From: Sphingomonas sp.
Lineage (GTDB): Bacteria > Pseudomonadota > Alphaproteobacteria > Sphingomonadales > Sphingomonadaceae
NCBI GenBank assembly: GCA_965248965.1
Contig: CBDFKZ010000003.1
Span: forward strand, 501,306 to 565,305
Reading direction: 5' to 3'
Length of the DNA stretch: 64,000 bases
This document shows positions 58,395-64,000 of this stretch, in pieces; the first letter of the stretch is position 1, and each line of letters begins with the position of its first letter. The position numbers were made by a program, and so were the translations under genes. The notes beneath the pieces were generated by a model. That model saw only the letters and a program-made list of their open reading frames with translations. It was not told the DNA's origin and searched no databases.

Positions 58395-60031
58395 GCGTTC
58401 ATCCACTGGCGGATCACCGACGCCGCTTCGGCGGGGCTTTCACTGACCGATGTGCCGATCTTCTTGAGCGACGACAGTTTGATGCGGCCGTCGACCTGGG
58501 CGAGGGCGATTTCCTGGTCGAGCAACGCGGTGTCTTCGCCCGCGACCCGCATCGCGTCGATCTGTTGCAGCGCTTCGGGGTCGCCGCTGGCGATCCGCGT
58601 CGCGAGTGCCTGCGCGTCGGCCGTCTGGTTCGTCAGCAGGCGTTCGTCGTCGGCACGCTGGCCGGGCTTGGGTCGCAGCATGCGCATGGCAATCAGTCCC
58701 GCCCCGGCGATCACCAGCAATTTCAGCAGGCTGAATATCTGATCGGCCGAGATCCAGGAGACATAGGACATGAGCCCGCCTTGTCCGTCGCCAGCCGCGT
58801 CGGCTGCGGCAAAGGCCATGTTCTCGACGACGACGCTGTCACCGCGTGCCTGGTCGAAACCGACCGCATTCTGGACGAGGCGCGTCAGCCTCGCGATCTC
58901 GGGTGCCGGCAGGCCTTTCTTGCCGCCGTCGACCATGACCGCGACGGTCAGCCGCGTCAGCTTGCCCGGTGCGCGCACCGTGATGGTGTGCGTCTGGCTG
59001 TTCTCGTACGTCGTGTCCTCGGACGTCTCGTTGCGTGCGGACTTGCGGGTGTCGCCGCCGCCAGCGCCGGTCCCCGCAGCGCCCTGGTTTTCGGGGAGCT
59101 GCGTGCCGACGGAAACGCCGGCCGGGGCAGGGCCGTTCTCGTTGCTCTGGTCGCCGCTTTCGACGGTGACCTGATGGCCGATCACCTGCTTGTCGGGATC
59201 GAAGACATTGGTTTCCTCGCGGGTCTGGTCGCGCGCGACCTGAGCCGACACTTCGGCGCGAACCTTGCCAATGCCGACGATCGGTTCGAGCATTCCTTCG
59301 ATCTGCGATCGAACACGGTTCTCGATGCCGGTCTGGCGCTCGTCCGCCGCAGAGGCGCCTGCGTCGTCGGCATCTCCCGCCCGCGCGAGCAACGCGCCGG
59401 TCTGGTCGACGATCGACACCTGTTCGGCCGAAAGTTCCGGCACCGACGAGGAGACGAGATAGCGGATCGCCTGTACCGCGCTGGCGGGAAGCCGTCCGCG
59501 CGTCTTGAGCGACACGGCCGCGGTGGCCTTGCGCGTCTCGGCGGCGAACATCGCCCGTTCGGGCATGACGATATGCACGCGCGCCTTGGCCACATTGTCG
59601 AGGCTCTGAAGCGACTTTTCGAGTTCGCCTTCGATCGCGCGCGTCTCGTTCATGCGCGCGCGCGACGACGACACGCCGAACGGCTGTTCCGCGTCGAGCA
59701 CTTCGTAGCCGACCTTGCCGCTCAACTTGTCGGCAGCCATCGCCATGCGCAGCTCGGGCAATTTGTCCTTCGGCGCCATGATCGACGTGCCATCGGCGGA
59801 AAGCTGGAACGGCACGTTCTGCGCAGTCAGCTTGGCGGTGATCGCCTGCGCGGTCGAGGCATCGAGGTCGGTATAGAGAAAGCCCATTTCGCTGGATCCG
59901 CCGCGCATGGCGACGGTCGCGAGCACGCCGAGGAGGGCGAGGGCGACACCGCCCATGATGAAGAGGCGCCGCGACCCCAGCTGCGCGAAAAATTTCTGCA
60001 ATCCGTCCAAGACCGGCTCCGCCACTGACAC
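58391..60031 (-). CDS. fliF: MS-ring protein FliF
   Basis: Two TM helices, GYEVLD, RAIEGEL, ARVHIV, RLTVAVMVDG, NAVGFDQARGD. Confidence 0.96.
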   Translation of the reverse strand: MSVAEPVLDGLQKFFAQLGSRRLFIMGGVALALLGVLATVAMRGGSSEMGFLYTDLDASTAQAITAKLTAQNVPFQLSADGTSIMAPKDKLPELRMAMAADKLSGKVGYEVLDAEQPFGVSSSRARMNETRAIEGELEKSLQSLDNVAKARVHIVMPERAMFAAETRKATAAVSLKTRGRLPASAVQAIRYLVSSSVPELSAEQVSIVDQTGALLARAGDADDAGASAADERQTGIENRVRSQIEGMLEPIVGIGKVRAEVSAQVARDQTREETNVFDPDKQVIGHQVTVESGDQSNENGPAPAGVSVGTQLPENQGAAGTGAGGGDTRKSARNETSEDTTYENSQTHTITVRAPGKLTRLTVAVMVDGGKKGLPAPEIARLTRLVQNAVGFDQARGDSVVVENMAFAAADAAGDGQGGLMSYVSWISADQIFSLLKLLVIAGAGLIAMRMLRPKPGQRADDERLLTNQTADAQALATRIASGDPEALQQIDAMRVAGEDTALLDQEIALAQVDGRIKLSSLKKIGTSVSESPAEAASVIRQWMNA

Positions 60032-60105
60032 CGGGCTGCAAAGCCCGTCAGATCATTATAGGAGGAAGCGGTGGGAAAAATTTGCCGGGTAGGAAATTCT
60101 TGCCG

Positions 60106-60786
60106 TCAGGCGGGGTCAGCCGTCGCCTCGGCCGCCGCCGGCACGTCGAGGCCAAGTTCGGTCAGGATCGCCGCCCGGCGCGCCTCGGCGTTGAGCGCAA
60201 GGCCTCCCTGCTCCCAGGAAATCAGGGCATCGCCAATGGCCTGTGTTGGATCGCCGATGGCAAGCAACGACAGGCGACGCCGCTCGCGCCCCTGCCGCCC
60301 GGCGATCAACTCCTCTGTCGCCTCGAGCAGCGACGGATGAACCCGGATCTGCAATTCCTGCCCGCGGGCAACTTGTGTGAGCACACGGCCGATGGCTTCG
60401 TCGATAGCTGCAGTCGGGTCGCTTTCCAGCGCGCGAGCAGCCAGCCCCTCTGCAGCGGCCATCGCGACTTCGGCGGCGGCGCGCGACGTGCGCAGCTCGA
60501 CGGCCTCGAATTCGTTCTCCACGGCTTCGATCGAGCTGTGCAGTGCGTCGGTTGCCGCGAGCATCGCCGCGTTGACCTCCCCGCGCGCATGCGCAAGTCC
60601 GGCCTCGAAGCCTTCGGCACGGGCAACCGCGACATTCGTCTCGAGCATCGATCGCAACAGGTCGACCTCGGCGGTCAGGGCCATGATGCGTTCGCTGTCG
60701 TTCTGTCCGGGCGCCGCGCGCGCGGGGCTGGCCGCCGCGAAGACGCGATCGAAAGCAAACGGCTTGATGTGAAATGACTGGTCCAA
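60106..60786 (-). CDS. fliH: FliH (FlbE-like)
   Basis: IKPFAFDRVF N-terminus, GFEAG, GDALISWEQGG. Confidence 0.85.
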   Translation of the reverse strand: MDQSFHIKPFAFDRVFAAASPARAAPGQNDSERIMALTAEVDLLRSMLETNVAVARAEGFEAGLAHARGEVNAAMLAATDALHSSIEAVENEFEAVELRTSRAAAEVAMAAAEGLAARALESDPTAAIDEAIGRVLTQVARGQELQIRVHPSLLEATEELIAGRQGRERRRLSLLAIGDPTQAIGDALISWEQGGLALNAEARRAAILTELGLDVPAAAEATADPA

Positions 60787-60813
60787 ATGCCGTCCCCGTC
60801 CCGTTCGCTCAGT

Positions 60814-61863
60814 CTACAGGATCATCGCGTCGTCGTTCTTCGGATCGACGAGCATGATTTCGCCGCTGTCGGCGAGTTGCTTGGCAAGCCGGACGAGTGC
60901 GCTTTGAGCCTCTTCGCATTCGCGCGCGCGCACCGGACCCATCGCCGCCATGTCTTCCTTGAGCAGCTTGGACGCGCGTTCGGTCATCGCCCCGAAGAAA
61001 AGGTCGCGCATCGGCGCCGGCGCCCCCTTCAGGGCGAGCGCCATTTCGCGCTTGTCGGCGTTGCGGACGATCGTGGCGACGGCCGGTTGCATCAGGTTAC
61101 CGAGATCCTCGAAGGTGAACATCAGCGCGCGGATCCGTTCGGCAGCGTCGGGCGCCTTTTCGTCGAGCGCCGACAGCATGGCTTCCTCGGTCGCGCGGTC
61201 GAGCGCGTTGAACACTTCTGCCATTGTTTCGTGCGGGTCGCGCCGCTGCGAGCGTGACAGGTTGCTCATGAACTCGTTCTTCAGCGTATGCTCGACCTCG
61301 ACCAGCACCTTTTTCTGGACGGTATCCATGCGGAGCATGCGCATGATGACGTCGACCGACAAGTCGCGCGGCAGCTCCGCCAGGACGCGTGCGCCGTGGT
61401 CGGGCTTGAGCTTGCTCAGGATGACGGCGACGGTCTGGGGATATTCGTTCTTCAGATAGTTGGCGAGGACGTTTTCGCTGACGTTGGACAATTTGTCCCA
61501 CATCGTGCGGCCTGAGGGGCCGCGGATGTCCTCCATGATTTCCTTAACCCGGTCGTCGGGCAAGATGCCGTCGAGCAGCCGCTCGGTCGTTTCGAACGAT
61601 CCATGCAACGACGCCATGCTCGAAATCTCGCCCGAAAACTGGACGAGCAAGTGTTCGACGACGACCGAGGGCACACGGCCCAGCTGCGCGATGGCCGCCG
61701 ACAGCTCGCGCACCTCGTCGTTGGACAGCATTTCCCAGATGGGCGCGCCGTGTTCCTTTCCCAGCGCCAGCATCAACGCAGCAGCCTTTTCGTGGCCGGA
61801 AAACTTCTTCAGCTCGGCAGGCGGATTACTCAGCGCCAACATACTCTTTCGGCTCCCAGACAT
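60814..61863 (-). CDS. fliG: Motor switch protein FliG
   Basis: EKAAALMLALG, EYPQTVAVIL, MFTFEDL, NMTE-like AMTERAS, EEAQ. Confidence 0.96.
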   Translation of the reverse strand: MSGSRKSMLALSNPPAELKKFSGHEKAAALMLALGKEHGAPIWEMLSNDEVRELSAAIAQLGRVPSVVVEHLLVQFSGEISSMASLHGSFETTERLLDGILPDDRVKEIMEDIRGPSGRTMWDKLSNVSENVLANYLKNEYPQTVAVILSKLKPDHGARVLAELPRDLSVDVIMRMLRMDTVQKKVLVEVEHTLKNEFMSNLSRSQRRDPHETMAEVFNALDRATEEAMLSALDEKAPDAAERIRALMFTFEDLGNLMQPAVATIVRNADKREMALALKGAPAPMRDLFFGAMTERASKLLKEDMAAMGPVRARECEEAQSALVRLAKQLADSGEIMLVDPKNDDAMIL

Positions 61864-61947
61864 ATAATGAAGGTTAACGCGTCATCACGGCGGCACATGC
61901 GTCTATTATAGGAAGGAGAAGACGCGCGGAGCTCAAGCGGTGATCTT

Positions 61948-64000
61948 ATGACGGTAAATCTTTCAAACGGCCTGGCCGCCCTGTCGATGCTGTCGAACAC
62001 GAACAGCTATGCCGATTTTGCAACCCCGGCAGCGCCGGAATCGCTTGCCGTCCGCAAGGCGAAGGCTCAGTTCACGCTTGCGCCCACGACCCCGCCCTGG
62101 AAGCAGCCTGCGACGAAGACGCCCGAAGCTTCCCGTATCACGGCGATCAAGCAGCTCAGCACCATCATCGACAATACCACGACGTCGCCCACTGCCGGCT
62201 CGCGCGATGTCCAGACTGCGTTCACAACCTACAAGGCGCTCGACAAGCTGATGCTGCTGGCGACGGCCGCGTCGCGGACGACGACAACCGACAGCGAGCA
62301 CGTCAGCCTGCAGACGGCATTCGCCAAAGGGCTGAGCGATCTGCAGCAGTTCCTGGGCCAAGCCGGGTCGGACAAGGTCAATTTGTCGTTCGGGCTTCCC
62401 ACGCGCCGGGCGGAGACCGTGCCGATAACGCCGTCCGATCCGGTCAAGTTCACCGGCAAGGGCATCGTCGACGCGCGCGACGCGCCGCTGCCGCTCGACG
62501 GAACCGAAGTTTTCAAGATCTCGCTCGACAAGCCGGGTGCGAGCGACACGCTGACCATCGACATGTCGAAGGTCGTGCTGCCGGCAACGCTCGATCGATT
62601 GTCGAGCGCCTTCAACGATGCCATCAAGGCGATCGAACTGCGCAAGCCCGATGGCTCGGTCGTGCTCGACGACAACGGCAATCCGACGCCCCGCTGGCTC
62701 GTTCGCTTCCTGCCCGACAAATCCACGGGCAAATGGGGGCTGTCCGTGCAGGCGCCGAACGGCGCCGAGCGCGTCTCGATCGATCAGGTCGGTGCGCCCG
62801 ACGCGCTCGTCGTCGCCACCGGGCAAACGGCGGTGGGCGCTGCGCCGGTGACGCAAATGCTGCGCTTCAACGACGCTGCCGGCGACCTGGCCCGCGATCC
62901 GCTGGCGACGATCGCCGCGACCGACACCGCGGGAACGGCGCGTGCGAAGCTGACGGCGACGAAGCCCAAAACCCTTCCCGGCACCACGCCGCCGCCGGCA
63001 CCCGGTCCCCTGCAGGCCGCAACGACCACGCAAGCGATCACGACCGACGCTGCCGGTAACACCTATCTCGTCGGCACGACGGCCGGCGACCTTCAGTCCA
63101 ACCGGTCGAGCGGTTCGGAAGATCTCTTCCTGACGAAGCTCGACAGCGAAGGTGCCGTGGTCTGGCAACGCAGCCTCGGTGCGCCCGCGGGCGCAAAAGG
63201 TGCAGCCATTGCCGTCGCTGCCAATGGCGATGTCACGGTTGCGGGCACGGTGACGGGCATGCTGGATGGGCAGAGCACCGACGGCGACATGGTCGTTGCG
63301 CGCTACGCCGCAAATGGCGACGAGAAGTTCGCCACGGTGTTGCAGTCGGCAGGTCCCGACAGCGCCAATGCGCTGGCGCTGGGCGCCGATGGCTCGGTCT
63401 TTGTCGGCGGCAAGGCCGCGACCGGCGGCGGCGATGCGTTTGTCGCGCGCCTCGACGCATCCGGCAAGGTCCAGCAACGCCGCACGATCGACGGCGGCGG
63501 CAGCGATTCCGTCACCGCGCTGGCCGTGGACGGCGACGGCAATTTGCTTGCCCTCATCAACAGCAACGGCGTGGCGCAGCTGCGGCGTCTGAGCTCGGAC
63601 GCGCTTGGTACCGAGCTCGGTAGCCTTTCGCTCGGCCAGGCCGATGCGCGCGCACTCGCCGTGGCGCCCGATGGCCAGATCGCTGTCGCCGGCGCAACCA
63701 GCAAGGCGCTGAACGGCGCACAGGCGAATTCGAGGAGCGACGGGCGCGACGGCTTTGTCACGCGGATCAACAGCGCGCTTGGCAACGCCACGACCACCTA
63801 TATTGCAACGCCCGCCGACGACCAGGTCGACAGCGTCGCGTTCATGAACGGTGCGATCTATGCCGGCGGCCGCACCGCCGGGGCGATCGAAGGCAACCGC
63901 ATCGGCTCGGTCGACGGCTTTGTTGCCCGGCTCGACGCCGCCAGCGGCGGCATTCAGGACGTGACCCAATTCGGCCAGCAGGCGATGTCGAGCGAACCCG
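61948..64000 (+). CDS. Large SBBP beta-propeller repeat protein, FlaEY-like (runs off the window end)
   Basis: Frame from ATG 61948, translated at its start and around 63.0 kb, with no stop seen: TTPPW N-terminal motif and repeats such as ITTDAAGNTYLVGTT...DLFLTKLDSEG. It is absent from the ORF track, consistent with no stop inside the window. Confidence 0.8.
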   Translation, partial: MTVNLSNGLAALSMLSNTNSYADFATPAAPESLAVRKAKAQFTLAPTTPPWKQPATKTPEASRITAIKQLSTIIDNTTTSPTAGSRDVQTAFTTYKALDKLMLLATAASRTTTTDSEHVSLQTAFAKGLSDLQQFLGQAGSDKVNLSFGLPTRRAETVPITPSDPVKFTGKGIVDARDAPLPLDGTEVFKISLDKPGASDTLTIDMSKVVLPATLDRLSSAFNDAIKAIELRKPDGSVVLDDNGNPTPRWLVRFLPDKSTGKWGLSVQAPNGAERVSIDQVGAPDALVVATGQTAVGAAPVTQMLRFNDAAGDLARDPLATIAATDTAGTARAKLTATKPKTLPGTTPPPAPGPLQAATTTQAITTDAAGNTYLVGTTAGDLQSNRSSGSEDLFLTKLDSEGAVVWQRSLGAPAGAKGAAIAVAANGDVTVAGTVTGMLDGQSTDGDMVVARYAANGDEKFATVLQSAGPDSANALALGADGSVFVGGKAATGGGDAFVARLDASGKVQQRRTIDGGGSDSVTALAVDGDGNLLALINSNGVAQLRRLSSDALGTELGSLSLGQADARALAVAPDGQIAVAGATSKALNGAQANSRSDGRDGFVTRINSALGNATTTYIATPADDQVDSVAFMNGAIYAGGRTAGAIEGNRIGSVDGFVARLDAASGGIQDVTQFGQQAMSSEP

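Noticed and set aside
34339-64000. Missing motAB, flgBC, fliE, flgI, fliPQR and flhB as evidence of a defective flagellum
   Set aside because: The cluster runs off the window end, so absence cannot be judged; the genes present have intact frames.

Overview
High-GC alphaproteobacterial chromosome segment, Sphingomonas-like (inferred from protein sequences and PEPxxWA-CTERM genes). About 1-29.6 kb is core and metabolic DNA: end of the spc/alpha ribosomal operons (rplO-secY-adk, a stress/glycosyltransferase insert, rpsM-rpsK-rpoA with no rplQ after rpoA), a serine hydrolase, tRNA-Tyr, rlmB, a ferredoxin, an alkA-like glycosylase, glnB-glnA, map, an MFS exporter, two PEP-CTERM proteins, a MarR-hppD-VOC-FAH tyrosine catabolism locus and a 5-oxoprolinase/DUF969/DUF979/DUF2891 operon. 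From about 30.4 kb to the window end is a Caulobacter-type flagellar cluster. Its regulation appears rewired: FlbD has lost Walker A Lys, Walker B Asp and GAFTGA; the cluster carries a divergent sigma70-family factor, a tandem-XRE repressor with a dead S24 domain and an orphan FixJ-like regulator; nearly every operon has a YCC-TATAA(T/G) -10-like box, some next to ftr-like dyads, rather than a sigma54 promoter; and a candidate C-rich sRNA sits behind the same box. All calls are by eye with no database searches. Many start codons were trimmed relative to the ORF track.
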